Shown: in pieces, positions 1 to 13,840 of the stretch
How positions within the stretch are numbered: the stretch's first letter is position 1
Layout: the number at the start of each line of letters is the position of its first letter
Source of the DNA: Squalus acanthias
Taxonomy: Eukaryota
Length of the DNA: 64,000 bases
Assembly (NCBI GenBank): GCA_030390025.1
Contig: CM059425.1
Span: 171,120,001 to 171,184,000 of the forward strand
Direction of reading: 5' to 3'
Made by a program: the position numbers and the translations under genes
The notes under the pieces: model-generated
Told to the model about the DNA's origin: nothing
Seen by the model: the letters and a program-made list of their open reading frames with translations, nothing else
Databases searched by the model: none

Positions 1-2169
1 CCTCAGAGAGATCTCAAACAAATGATCTCCCCTACCTCAAAAAGAATCTGCCAACATGATTAGGATTAAAACATTAACATTCTTTTATCCTGTTCCCTTT
101 CTAAATAGTTTTGTTTAAACAGTAAACACTGAAAATGTAATATCCGATTGGAATTGGCTGGGAGGAGTTACCAAATCTTGCAGTGTGAAGAAGCTGAATT
201 AACGCGAGTGGGTAAAGTCGTTAACCTTCAATAATTGTGTCATTTCAAGTGTGTGTGTTAATTTAGCTCCCCCGCGCCAGCGAGCTCAGAAACTCCCCAA
301 ATCCAGCTCTCATCAGCAGTCACTGTACAAATAAAATATTCAGAATACTCTACTAACAACCATCTTTGATTTTTTAAACTAAGTACCGAAGGCTCTCTCC
401 AGCCACTAAAGTAAATGGATTGTATCCCTTAAACCCAAAAGAAGTACTTTCAGAAAAGGTTTTTTTTTAAAATTGTCATAGTTACTTGATTAACAAAAGA
501 AAATTATTCAATAATCAATTGAAGCTAAAGTATGTAATTTAACATGAAGTGCCATTTCAAATTTTTTTTCCCTCTACAGCCTACATAGGTAAACAGTTAA
601 GAGAGACTTGTACTTCAAGGGGGAAGAATATTTCCTATGGAATTGTGCATCTGATTCTTTATCCTTTATGTTACAGAATCATAAAATAGACAATTATTAT
701 ATAGAAGTACAGGCAACATCTACAGTCTATATTGGTAATTCTGGTAGGACCCACTGCATATAATCTATGAGTCACCACTGAGATGGAAATGTAGCAGGGT
801 GCACGCTTAAAAACTTTCAGGGGGACAATTTTGAGATATTTTAGACCACTTTAGTATAAGACAAAAGTAAACAGGCTGAAGTTCAAACACTATCCAAGCT
901 GAACTCTAATATCAATGTCACCTACCTCAGGGTTCTCACATTCAGAGTTGGACTTAGACAAACACCAACCGGAAGGTTAAAGGTTTACTTTGGAAGGGCT
1001 AAGGAAAAGGGGAGAGGTTGCTCACTGGGACATCTCCATTAACTGCATTCTGTCAGATGTTACAAGTAGGAGGAGGTGAGGTGATATCAAGATCATGGGA
1101 AATCCAGCAGCCTGCATCAAATTCAGTTTTTTTTGACCTGGAAAATTCTTGGCAATAATTAAAAGGCAGCAGAATAAAAATAACACTCCTCTACACATGA
1201 AACGCTGCAGATGGGAGGTAAAAGAACACTGGCTATTGGGCTCCAGTACGGTTTTCTTTCCAAAAAATACATTCTGTGTTATTCTGCAACATCTCGAGGT
1301 AATTAGTTGAATCCTGGACTCTACAGAACAAACCAGTTGTAATTTATGTAATGTCTGCAAAAAGAACATTAAGAAATGGAAAAGAAACATTTTACAATAA
1401 AGTATAAGGGAGAAGGCAACTGCAAAATAAAAAGTTCTTCATTGGCAATATTTTTTGAATAAAATGTGAAGTTCAATCTCCATTCTTTTTTGAAGTAATT
1501 CAATAGAGTCCCCACACTATGCCGAGGTTTATACTTGTTCACAATGCTGTTTGCCTCACTACTTTAAATATGTGCAGTATTCTATATCGATGGTTGGATG
1601 CTTCTATGTTAGGAAATACACTTCTGGTGTGGGTGGGTATTATTCTCAAGACTGATATTGTTTTATTGTTTTATATCAAGGACAATGTACTGTATTGTAA
1701 CATATCAAGAATCTCTTCACAATAACTTCAAAACAGGCTTCAACCTTCTTCGTATTTATCAAACAATCCTATCTATATTTGCAGAGATATAATTCAGCTG
1801 AACTACACAAGGACTTCTGTGCAGCCACCTGCCACAAAGGTTTGCCTCTGTCTGTTGTCAAATGTTAACAGAATGGTTTTCAACTCAGTAAGGGGATTAG
1901 AATGGATTTTCCTTCAGAAAAATATTTTCTAGTTTAAGTCTACCCGTAGTAATAGCTTGTGGACTAATCTAAGCGATAAAGAGTCAGGTGCAAAACATTT
2001 TCTTTGTAAATCCTTTTGGAGCTAAAAAAAAGGTCCTTGACCCCACCACACTTTACTTTTGATAACCAATCCCATTTTTTATTTCATGCAACTGTGTAAT
2101 CGTGAGAACAGCTTTCTGGCATGGTATAAACTGTGAATGGCATTGGGATACTCAAACTTGGGGTTTGAG

Positions 2170-2230
2170 TGAAGAAACCGCCATCCCATTTGTCTGCACT
2201 GGATTTGAGACCAGGTCCCAGAGACGCAAG
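2170..2230 (-). mobile_element. LF-SINE-like 5' head fragment
   Basis: Reverse complement reads tctctgggacctggtctcaaatccagtgcagacaaatgggatg, similar to the head of the 26240-26632 copy and to the LF-SINE head as I recall it. Confidence 0.4.
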
Positions 2231-2764
2231 CTTCCTTAAGGTAAATTAAAAGTGGTCCAATAATTGGATATCTTTTTAAGGCTGTAGATCTTTATGTTCT
2301 CCTCCTCCCCCAGCTTAGAGTTTTACTAAGTTGACAAGAAAGGACACATCAGCATCTCTAGGGATACTGTAACTTGGCCAACCTGATATAATGTACACTT
2401 GGGTAATATCAGAAAGAATCCTTCTTTGGCTAGTTGCATACATTGTGTATTTCTCAAGAATTTTCAAGTTCAAGAGATGTTTTTGAAAGTAACTGACTCC
2501 CATCTACACATGGCAGGAGCCGACCAAATAGCCCAGGTGAGAAATGTGTACAGATTTTAAAAATAAATTGTGATCCAAAAATCACATAAGAGTCCCTTTC
2601 CTATCCTCCATTTTGCTTGACATTCAAGCAATTAATGACGTTGATTTTATTTCTTTTGTTTCTGCATAGTGCACTTCATTCACTCAAGAAAGAAAACACT
2701 AGTCCTACATTGAGTTATGAAGGCAATTTCGGGAGAAAACAACTCTGGGATATGACCTGGTAGG

Positions 2765-3060
2765 GCCTTAGTGACATTCCTGGTCTGTGTTGAGTTAGCT
2801 GGCAATCCACTACAGTTGACCTCAGTGCCCCTGGGCTGGGGAAGTGGGCAGGGCCTCCTGCTTCTAATCACTACCCAATGACTCTTGCTGAAAATGCAAA
2901 AACAGTTGTGATGCTTCCCATGATGAATAGCCTGTGGAAGTCACTATCAAGGCTCATCCATGAATTAATTCCCACTTGGGAAAGATAGCAGAAGACAACC
3001 AGCTATCATGGATAATTACCCCAGCAAGGGGGCAGGGGAGGTGGGGGGGGGATTGGCAAC
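2765..3060 (+). mobile_element. Unnamed SINE-like family B, degraded copy
   Basis: Shares ctggtctgtgttgagttagctg / cctcagtgcccctgggctggggaag / gaatagcc / aggctca..catgaa blocks with copies at 11786, 24150, 33398 and 52390. Confidence 0.65.
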
Positions 3061-4013
3061 AGAACCTGCCTAGTGGAGACAATTAGAACAGAAGATCACA
3101 GGAAGAGAGATTTATTCTGAAGAGGGGTGGTGTGAAGAAGGACTAGCTATCAATACAAGGACTTTAATGGCTAACTGCAAAAAGAACTATGTGCAGGGTA
3201 TGTAAATGGCCTGATGAATAATAAGACACTGCAAGCACATCCAAAGTTGGGGTTACATGTACAGTCATGTATCTGGGACAATGTGCCAAATTTAATATGG
3301 TGCAAAAAAGTAAATAAATGGGGCCTTAGAGATTTAAAGGTTAAAGATGAATTTGCACTAGTTAACACTTTCTGTATAGAGTCTTGGAACGTGCAAGTCT
3401 ATTAAACCATCTGTTTTTAGATGTACAGATCAAACACATTCCTTCTATGCCATCAATGCACACCAAGAACAGTATACAGTGTTCGACACTAAACAGCTTC
3501 AGAAGCTAACCTTGAATTTTTCAAACCACAAAGCATGTTCAGAACTCTACTGCAAAGCTAACTTTAAAATCCCATTAATTCTCAAAGGTCACGCTGTGTT
3601 GAGAGATACTTTTGTGACAACTGTGAAACTGTGGACTGTGCTCTTGTCCCGGGTTCCTTATTGGAGGATTGTGGGAAGTCACGTGGTACCAGCAGCTTTA
3701 CGTGAGCGACATCCCACAAATTGTTCACAAATTTTTCCTTGTTTGCTTTTCTTTGTAATGGATTCCAACCCCCCCAACCCCCCCCAATATAAAACCTGAA
3801 GGCTGAGGCCATCACAGCTGTAAGAAAGCAGGGAATAAAAGGTCACTTTTCAGAGCTGAGGACTGTTTGTTCAGTGGAGTTAAGCTGAAGGGAAAGACAT
3901 GAGAAATTCCCTAGGTAGTAATAATAAAAAAAATACAATGCTTGAGTTCACAAGAGGCCCTTTTTAAAAAAAAATTCTCAGATAGCAGCTGAAGCACAGC
4001 TCCCCCCCCTTAC

Positions 4014-4063
4014 ACTGAATATCACGGCGCTTCTTGGAGCTACAGCTACACCAACACAGCGCC
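4014..4063 (-). other. Candidate 50-nt exon overlapping a 38-nt stem-loop
   Basis: Minus strand: ttttttgttgcag|GGCGCT...CAGT|gtaagg. The open frames give unrecognised peptides (ALCWCSCSSKKRRDIQ or RCVGVAVAPRSAVIFS). Confidence 0.2.
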
Positions 4064-4757
4064 CTGCAACAAAAAAGCAGCAGCATGAAGAACCTATTCT
4101 TCCTTTTAATCAGACAACCCAAGGGCTTGGCAGGAGAGCAGACTCCTAAAGAGGACAATAATGGAATATTCAGTGGAGTAAAGTGGAAACGGCCCCAAAA
4201 AATGTAAAGAGGAACCACAGTACTCCATATTGGCCAATCCAACTCCCCACTCTCATTGGAGGGGTTTTTTTCTTGCTTCTTTTCCAGCTTTAAGATGGAA
4301 CACTTCCCTACCTTAAAATTATCCGGCTAATGGCAAGTAATCTGACATCCTGACAGTAAAGTAAAAACAAATGAAACATCCATGGAATAAAGAGGAAATC
4401 AAAGGAACAAAGAGAGAGGGCTATGTACTGCCAATGTACCTTGTCAGCTATTTCCCCTCACTTACTGCTCCCAAAATGACACTCTTTGTTACCTCAAGAT
4501 TCTTTTGGGGATTTGGGATTTTTTTGGCAGCATTTGTTACATTCTACAAAATCTGTGGTTTACCATAAACATTGCACAATCGTGACTGTTTATCTGGAGT
4601 TAATTTGGGGTGGGGTTGTGGCATATGAGCATGTTTAAAGCTTTCCACTTTGGAAGCCAAATCGAATACATTTTCAAATTTGGGATTTGAACTTGAGCAT
4701 CCACAACAGTGATCCAGATCATTGTTCTTTTGCATATAATGCAAACCTTATTTTATG

Positions 4758-5193
4758 TGTCAGCCATGGCTCAGTGATAGCAATCACGCCTCTAAGTCAG
4801 AAGGTTGTGGGTTCAAGTCCCATTTGAGCACATAATCTAGGCTGGCAATTCAGTGCAGTACTGAGGGAGTGCTGCACTGTCGGAGATCCCATCTTTCTGA
4901 TAAGACGTTAAACCGAGGCCCGTCTGCCCTCTCAGGTGGATGTAAAAGTCCCATGGCACTATTCAAAAAAAGAGCAAGGGAGGTTTCCCAGTGTCCTGGC
5001 CAATATTTATCCCTCAACCAACATCACTAAAAACAGATTATCTGGTCATTGTCACATTGCTGTTTGTGGGAGTTTGCTGTGTGCAAATTGGCGGCTGCGT
5101 TTCCCACATTACAACAGTGACTACACTTCAAAAAGTACTTCATTGGTTGTAAAGCGCTTTGGGATGGTCTGAGGCGCTATACAAGTCTTTCTT
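4758..5193 (+). mobile_element. tRNA-derived Deu-domain SINE (SacSINE1-like), full length
   Basis: A-box-like tggctcagtgatag; B-box ggttcaagtccc; Deu core gatgtaaaagtcccatggcact...gtgtcctggccaatatt; tail aaagcgctttggga...gcgctata; 10-bp TSD ttattttatg at 4748-4757 and 5194-5203. Confidence 0.9.
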
Positions 5194-5835
5194 TTATTTT
5201 ATGAAAACGATCTAGTGCTAAAGGTACTCCTCTTCTTCATCCACCCACCAACATTGTGAGTTGATTAAATTGGATTTTTTGGGTTACTGTAGCAGGTAAT
5301 CTTATTTATGGAATGTTTGCGCTTGTGGAACTCCAGAAAAACTGGTTTGCCACAATTATTGCAAAATAATGACTAGTTATCAATAGAGTTAGGTCGGGAG
5401 GGGTTGTGGTTTGTGTGCAAATGTAGGTTGTGCAACGTAGCAAATCATCAAACACCCTCACTCAAGCCACTGAAAATCCAGTTAGCATTTTGTTCCTTAC
5501 TAACCCACAATGCAAATGTGTTGTTGAGCAAAAAGTGCAGCAGAGCACAATCAACTGAGAGATGAGCCACCCTTAGTTAAGCAAGCCTATTTGCAAAACT
5601 GTCTAAATGTACAGTTTCCACAAGGCCCATTTAAAATACTATATTTTAACCAACTATCTTCTTGTCATTTTCATTTATATTCCAGCAATTTAAAGTCAAT
5701 GACGAGGAGACGGGGAGGGCCGAAAATGGCCAAAGAACCCGGCAAGTCCGGGAACGCAGAGGTCCGGCCAAACGTAACGCTCCCCTCCCGCCTGCCGTGG
5801 GGGTTAATAGCGAGGAATATGATAAAGAAAGCATG

Positions 5836-6266
5836 AACATGCACGTATAGAGAACCTTATCACATACTCAAGATGACCAAAAACACTTTACAATGGACTA
5901 CTTTTTAAGTGCAATCACTGTTGTTAGGTAGGCAAACATGGCGCCCATTTTGCACACCGCAAGGTTCCAAAAAACAGAAAATTAGATGACCAGATAATAT
6001 GCTTTTGGTTGTGTTGTTTGAGGGAGGAATGTTGGCCAGGCTACCAGAGCTCTATGTTCTTCAAATAGTACCATGGTATCTTTTGCATTCAGCTAAAAGG
6101 CAGAGGGGATCTGGGTTTAACATCTGAAAGATGGCCCCACCAATAATGCAACACTCCCTCACTATTGCACCAAAGTATCAGCCTAGATCAAGTCCTAGAG
6201 TGGGGCTTGAACCCCAAAAACTTCTGACGCTGCGTTGAGAATGCTGCCTCTGAACCAAGTTGACAC
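5836..6266 (-). mobile_element. Deu-domain SINE, older diverged copy
   Basis: Reverse complement is colinear with 4758-5193 (gtggggcttgaaccc B-box, ttcaaatagtaccatgg, gaccagataat, ttgcacac blocks) with many substitutions. Confidence 0.8.
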
Positions 6267-9200
6267 TTGAGTTATATATACTCCAGCTGATTTAAACATT
6301 TGGTCATCAGCAAACAGTTACATTTCTTCAAAGAGCAACGAGCTAGAAGAAATAACTGTACAAATTCACCCCATAACACTATACTTTTATCTTGTACACA
6401 TTTAAAAAAAAGGCTTTTGAAGCCTTTATATAATGCCCAAAAAGCCTAGATCAGGCAGTCTGGTATCTCTAGTTGTAATTTAGTAGTTCCGAGTTCCTAT
6501 CCTGTTCTTGGCTGTGATTTTGCCCTCAGTGAGTGAGTTATACAGCAGTAGGCTGCACCACCTCACACGGCCGCAGGGGGGGGGGAGGATGAAGGTGAGA
6601 AAATAAGTGGCAAAAATTTGTCCCACCATGCAGACTTTCACTTCCTATCAAGCATGTACAACTGCGTGGCTATGGAAAAGTCTCCAACCCAGATGTAGGA
6701 GATAGGGGTTGGTGGGAAGGGGAAGTGAGAAAAATACTAATGTGTGCTAATCTCCAAAATACCACCATCATTTCCTTGGATTATTTTTGTCTGAAATATG
6801 TCACAACAAACTTTACAGGAAAGCGAAGACAGATGCATTAGATGGTATGTGTAAACAAATCCCACCTGTTATTCAATATGAAACTATTTAGGATTACAAA
6901 GAGAGACTTTCCCCTTCAACTGAAATATTTATGCATCCATGTGCATCATGTTTCTGCAGTGAACAGTTCTTCCAGACAAGTCTGTTCTTAGCTGTCAATG
7001 ATGAGCTCTCCTGCTGAATTTAAGTAGAAACTGTCCACTGCTGCAATGCTCAACATGGCAGCATACCTGTTTCCTTCAATTAAAGGGTTTCCTCTGTCCA
7101 AATGGGATGTACTCTATAATGTGCAGCAAACTTGCAGCTTTGAAGAACATGTGTTTCATTATTTTAAGACCCATAAACAAAATGTTTGGAGCAGTTATTT
7201 TTAATGAGATCATCCACATTAGCCGGTGAATCTAGGGCAGATTTGTGGTTGCCAACTAGATTTTGTAGGTCAGACCGAGCATCCCTGACACAGTTGATTT
7301 ACTTTGTAACAATAAAGAGGCTTTTATCATTCCTGTCAAGTCTTCAGTTCTGGGTGGGAGGGTAGTGACACTGAAACACATCTCAGGACCTCCTAATGAG
7401 TTTACAAAATCTCCCACCAACTCTAATTTGACTTACAATCAAAAGTTTTTAATTGAAAAGTTTTCTTAATCAACACATCAGAATTAGAAATCAATGTTTG
7501 CAAAACTACAATAATGGTATCATGCCACTTTCTAAAGGTTCTACAATAGGTGGTTTAAACTGATACCAAAGTTAAAGTTAAAGTTCTAAACTCTGCTGCC
7601 ATGTCCAGCCTCTCCATTTCTCTCCCTATGTTAGTCTCCATATTCAACCTTTGATTAAAGAGAGCAAGAAACATCTTGATTAATCACCAATGCAGCTTCT
7701 TGCTTGACCTTAAGCAGTGCAAGAAATCAACTTCAATCCCACCCTAGCCCTAAGCACATCGCTCAACTTCTCACATCCCAATGGTCTCTCCCTCCCCACC
7801 CCAACAACCTGGCCAAGTCTTACTCTAAAGGAAACTGGAGGATCCAAAGTTAATTAAGAATAGGATTGAAATTTGATTCTCCTAGCCAATTATTCAATAT
7901 TCTTCACAATAGAGCTACTGAGCCTCACGACCTCCCACTAAAGGTTGATTCTGACAAATTTACAAGACTACGAAAGCCAGGCCAAATTTTCTCAGAAAAG
8001 TACTTTTTTTGTTATATGTTTCTGGATTAGTAAGAGTTAGGTTTTAAATTCTCTGTACATGTTACAGTTAATGTAGTTTTTCACAATTATGAAATTTCAG
8101 AGGGTGCAACTCAACATCTCCAGATGCCCATCTGTCAATGCTCACAGGTATGACCTTTTCTATGCTTGCAGCTATGAACTCATGCACCTTCAAATGCATG
8201 ATTGCAATGAGCCAGAATTCTACGCAGATCACTTACTTCTTCATCCATCTTAATCCCTATTAAAATTGGGGTTCATTCATTAAGTATGTAAGTAATCTTG
8301 TTAAATTCTATTTGTTTGATATCTGGTCATCTGATTTTTCAATATATATTCACATAATGTCTCATATTGATGCGAGTGTGTGGAAGAACACTTGATAGAT
8401 TGTGCTCCTGCATATTGATGAATAGTTTCTTTCAGATGAAGGCTGGTTCTGCAAAATTATATTTGCATAAGGTTTAAAATAGCCAAGAACAATATTCATT
8501 TTCACATCATTTATTTTCTGAATTTGTATTTTTGGTCAGATTTAATCCTTTTGCTTTCATGTAAGCCTTGCTTTCAAACAGTATTCTATCTGATTGACAA
8601 ACGAGGTTGATGAAGTACCTGTGAAGCGTGATACCCTACTTTATACATCATATGTATATACAGATGCTGTGATAAATCTTTGGCCCGTATGCGAACATAT
8701 CAGGGAAAATTAAGTGCAGCAATAGAGGAGGTGTGGACTTTGTCCCCATCAGTACAAATCTCTACAGCAGCTGTGCTCAGAGAAGAAAAGTAGTGACTCT
8801 GCTACTTGGAACATTGTGTTATCGCCTCCAAATCAGACATTACAGGCAAGGCCATGCTGTTCATTTATTGGAACATTTTGAAAATTGTCCAGCAGCACAT
8901 TCCCAAAAGGAGCTCACTGCTTGTTTCACAAATCTGTTTGCCTGGGTTGGGCGAGTCCCATCAGCTCCCAGTAGTGTGCTGAATAGAGCAGAATCCGGAG
9001 GAAAATTGTTCAATCTCTGGACAAATGACCAGTTAAATCTTTTTCGATGTGTTTGCAGCATTATTGGAGATAATTTTGCACAAACTTTGCATAAAAGTTG
9101 GACTCAAGTACCATACAGGTATTATATAATCTTATATATTCATTTATAGGTACATACATGTGTTTGTTTTTTGCTACTTGCTTTCCACGGTACATACCCG

Positions 9201-10084
9201 ACAGCAAAACAAACCCCTCAGTAGGAATCAGTGGCCCAGTGAATCTAGATTGATTTGCTACCTTCCAATACAGGTGGTTCAATGTCACCAACACTGCATC
9301 CACAAAGCTGGGGTGTTCAACCCCCAGTTGGAGTTAGAATGCGACTTGCAACATTGTAAACAATCTTATTAGAACCAACCGTTTCTTTTTCTTCTACATT
9401 AGCTCTGAAAATTTCTGTATTCTGTGGGCTTTAAAGTAATTTGAAATGCAATGAGTGAGTTGAAAGGGATTTTCTTACTTTAACACATCAGATGTTCACA
9501 AAATAACAGAGAAATCTAATATTACAAGAACCAGGATAGTAGAAGAAGAAAACCCATCAGCAACAAGTTAACTGCTCAAGGCAAAGTTTCATCAATAGCT
9601 GGCACACACACAGTGAATGAACAAAGCGAGAGATCCTGCACTAGCCCTAACCCAGATTTCAAATTTGGAATCATGTTAGTCTGAAAAGCAGCTGTGGGGA
9701 GGGTGTGTACTTTGGTTAAGACTCAGTTTAAAGATATGAGGGAGCTCATGTTGTTTTTGGAAATCATTTTTAGGGCAGGGTGCCAGGACACTTACACTTA
9801 CATAAGCAGAGAGATACTCACTTGTTAATTGCAAGTGAATGTTTTATATTAGAATTTAAAAAGGGAAATTTAAACCACCACACTTATATAATAATTAAAT
9901 TTTTATCGGGATAATTGGATGGAGAATTAACAAAAACTGCTGTCATCTTGGGCAGTCTTAGACCAACAGTGAAACATAAACAACTAGAAAGAGAAGACCC
10001 AGGACAGCAAGAGCAACAGGGCGCTATACGGGAATTCAGTGAGCTAAGGGAGCTAAATCTGTTCTTGTGGAAAAAGGAGACTAA

Positions 10085-10462
10085 GAAGGGTTTTGATCCA
10101 TGTCTTTAAACTCGTGAAGGAAATCAGTGGGGCGAATGAGAGTTGCTTCTTTGTGTTGAACCAGCAATAAGAAAACTAGAGGAAATTATTAAAACCAAAG
10201 GAAACCCAGAATTAAATGCAAGTACTTCACAATTAAAATTGGGGTGACAAAGCAGACTGAACACATAACAGTGAATGCAACTTGATTAAAGCACTAAAAC
10301 ATGGATAGATTCTCAATCAACAGGGTACAGATGGATATATGCTCTGTATCCCTTGTTTCCAAGGCAGGGCAAATGTGAAAGTGGTTTGAATTGAGTCTTA
10401 TATGTACACCCAAGAGGGACAGATGGGGGCTGTATGGACTGAATGACTTCTTCTCAGTTCCA
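10085..10462 (+). mobile_element. CR1-type LINE 3' fragment, highly degraded
   Basis: gtctttaaactcgtgaagg...aaactagagg...ggatagattc...atggactgaatgacttcttctc resembles the CR1 ORF2 end and 3' UTR (atgggccgaatggcctccttct). No intact ORF. Confidence 0.5.
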
Positions 10463-11785
10463 CATAGAAGGGGATCTAGAGATGAGGTTCATCAGGTGAG
10501 TAAAAGTCAATGGGCCACACTGAGTAGAGAAAAACCCTACGTGCTCAATGACAAGAAATTCCGAGCTAAAAAAAGACAACAAATGACATAAAGGAATTAT
10601 GATTTAGGAGATAATAAACAACAATAAAAAATGCCACAGGAAGTGATTTGATACCATTTCAGTCTTCAGATAGACACTGGCCTAACTTGGAGGCTGCACT
10701 GAGCTGTGACACTCATTAGGCAGTTTGGGTCCTCCATCACCTTCACTTGAGCTCTTTGCTAGATCTTCTGGTTCTTGCTTCTCCCAGGTCACCTAGATGG
10801 GGCCAGCAGTTCTTTCCCTCTCTCAAGCAGCTTAGAGCAAAGGAGCACTACTGGAAAGCAGGGATACGGCAGTGTCCCCAAGATGAAAGGCTCCATTAAC
10901 ATCATTCTTCCCATTCACACTATGAATACTGGGCCTCCATCAATGCCAATCTATGGTCAGCCAGTAGGAGGTGCCCATGATTAGCTCAGACTGACTGATC
11001 ATCTGAATTTTGTTTCCTCTCCCTCCTGGGAACTGTTTAACCTCCACTTGCAATTTTCACAGCAGTATGGTTGAGACCTACATCATCCCATGGTGCAGTA
11101 TCCCACAGCTTTTGTGAGATTGGCCTTCAAATAAGATACTGCTCGAGACCGTAACCCTCAACAAAAGTCAGCAATACTGATGCAAGCTTGAATTATGTGC
11201 CTGTTAATAGGTTGGGTCACTGCAAACCAACTCAAACTGAACCACATCTACCCAAAGTCATGCAAAAAAAAACTTAAGTAAGTTCTTCTCTCCCCCAAAA
11301 TCGATTACAAATTTTATTCTGTTGAACAATATACATCCCTTGACTTCCTTCTGGCCATGTACTATAATCTCGTTTGACAAGGAAAGTAAGAATCATTGAA
11401 AAAGGAAATCTAACAAAATGAGGGCCATTTTACTGTGTAGGTTATCAGCATCTTAATTAATTTCAACAACTTCTTCAATAGTAGAAAGCGAGGAATTCCA
11501 CTGACCTCTTTGAGCTCCACCTGGCCCATACTCGAGTATCAGATAATAAATCTGAGAGGTGGTGAGGGTAACCCGAACCGGCCATTTATTTGACATGTGC
11601 AACTTGAAGCAGTTAGTGTTTCACCAGCAGTCATTAAATCGGTGCCAGTGACACAGCCAAAAATCACTAAAGCTGTGGCATTTAAAATTTATTATGCTTT
11701 CCCAAGATCTGCCCTTAGGCATTGAGAATAGAAGCATTTTCGACCAGGCTCATTAGCAGATATGGCAGAACCTACATGAGAAACC

Positions 11786-12130
11786 CAGATGGCTCACTGG
11801 ACTAATGGAATGCCTATTGTGGCACTGAGGTGAATTCCCAGTCTGTAAGGAGCGAGCTGATCTCAGTCAGAGAAGCAGTGGGTGTAGTACAATCTGCCTC
11901 AGCACCCCCGGATCCCGCTCCTGCTCCATAACCTGGAATCCCAGTCGGAAAGTGCGCCTCTGTGGAAGTTGATGATGGCAGAATTAGGCTCAATTCTGAT
12001 GCCCCTATGGTAAAATAGCCATTCAACACACACTATCCAGAATGGCCAAGGAGGCAGTGTGGTGTAGAGGAAACTATAACCCTGTTCAGTCACTGTTTTC
12101 AACAGGGAAGGGCAGGAAGGAAGAAAAGTT
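11786..12130 (+). mobile_element. Unnamed SINE-like family B copy
   Basis: Head tggctcactgg (A-box-like), then gagctgatctcagtc, tacaatctgcctcagcacccc, ggaaagtgcg, aaatagcc and gaatggcc, then a purine-rich tail. Colinear with other family B copies. Confidence 0.7.
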
Positions 12131-13840
12131 TTAATAAAAAGAGAGAAATTTCATACTATCATTATTTGTGTGCAGGGAATGAGTGTCTGGGTTTGGCGAC
12201 AAAGAAAGCAACAAAAATAGGCACTAATGACAGGAGGATCAGCTTTGGTATTACTTTTGAATAGGGACAGTGTTACAAGGCAATGACACAGATTAGGAAT
12301 GCAGGTTTATAAAACACAAGAGCAAAACAGCAGTTCCCACAATGATACAGACCCTAAGAATGTGTAATATAATTGAACACATTCCTCAGCAATTTTTACA
12401 TTTCACAATATACTAGCACATCTCCCACGATGTTGCTCACAGTAATCTGGAGGCAGCGATTAAAGTACTTAGCACCACCCGCACCCCCACTCCTGTGTAC
12501 ATTTACTCCAGTCTCTGCAACATTTGACTCCACCCATTTAGTCCTCCCTTCATAACCCCACAAACTTTCAGATTTTAAGAAGTAATTGGTCATACTCATC
12601 TATTTTTAAGCAGCGTTCAATTTATTCCTAACAGTGGCAAAAATCTATTAGTAGAATAGTACATTCGCCGTCATATAGTGTAATGCTCCTGTCCTTTAGA
12701 AATAGCATATCATCTACATGAACAACAACACTATTAAACACAAATTTCAAGTACGTAGTTACAATGGGATTGATTCTAATGTGCCTCCAAATGAGGAACT
12801 GGCACACAACAGAGTGAAACATTTTAGAGAAATTAGGAAAATCATACTAATACCCAATGGACAATCTAATACTTAGTGTGTTACATTTCAAAATTCTCAT
12901 TTCATGGGTGATTCGGTGCATGGCCAGTTAAGTTAGTAGCTCAATACAGAATCTGTTACTGAAACAGTAAATCGGAGGATTGAACCAACATAAACAGCTG
13001 CAACTTTTGCAGACTCCATATCCTACGATAGTTCTCGCTGCTTACAGTGCACAGCAAGAAAATCACTCCTGGAGCCAAGCAACAGCTAGAAGTTGGAACA
13101 AGAGTGAGGAGCACATCAGGGTAACAGCAGTCTCCAGCTAAATTGTTACCTCAACTATTAATTTCTGGTTTGGTGGTACCCAAGTCCGATATGCTCCTGT
13201 TCTGCTCTCCTGGCCCTTGGATCTTCCAGCTCCTCCTCGGCTACCACCAACAATCTCACAAAAGCTTCTGGCCACAACTGTCAGAATGAGAAACCAAAAT
13301 TGAAGCAGACACCCAAAAGACTGCAGCATATTCAAAAGCCTTTTGCTAATCTCAGGAAATCACCTTGTGTGGCCAATGAAGGAAAAAGCTGGATTCGAAG
13401 CAGTATGATGAGGACTGGTTGAGGCAAGAAGCGGAACAGTGTAATGGACCATTCTGGCCCACTTCAACCCCTGGTCAGAGGCTACGCTGTCTTATAATGA
13501 CAGGAGCATGTCGCCATGTAGCACAGAGTGTATGATAATATAGTTGATTTCCTATGCCAGTGCTCACAGACAGAAGAAAAAATCTCTCTTCCTATAACTG
13601 TCTCTCGGCTTCTTTCCCACTCTCTAATTCTTTCCTGTCCTTTCCCCGGTCTTTGACTTCCACCCTTTTTTCTCTTGCTGTATCACTATCACACACTTTT
13701 CTCATTATGAAATCTATAGCTCTGTTTTTGTGCTCAATTATTTTTCCTCATCATTTAAGTCTCTCCTTCCCTCTCTTCTGTATGTCTTCAGTTTTCTGTA
13801 TGGTTCCAGGCTCTCAGATCACAGGATAGTAACAGTGTAA

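Noticed and set aside
4936-5172. Apparent paralogous peptide family (DVKDP..L / ANIYPS; also ORFs at 14132 and 49166)
   Set aside because: These are translations of the same Deu-SINE core, with frames not conserved between copies.
5700-5815. CpG island or promoter
   Set aside because: Only ~115 bp and wedged against a SINE; more likely a GC-rich transposon scrap like 18990-19325.
8606-8672. C/D box snoRNA starting at TGATGA
   Set aside because: No terminal CTGA D box or closing stem at a suitable distance.
12628-12822. VVVHVDDML resembling the Ty1/copia reverse transcriptase YVDD motif
   Set aside because: Isolated short match in a 64-aa ORF with no other RT motifs or LTRs; most likely chance.
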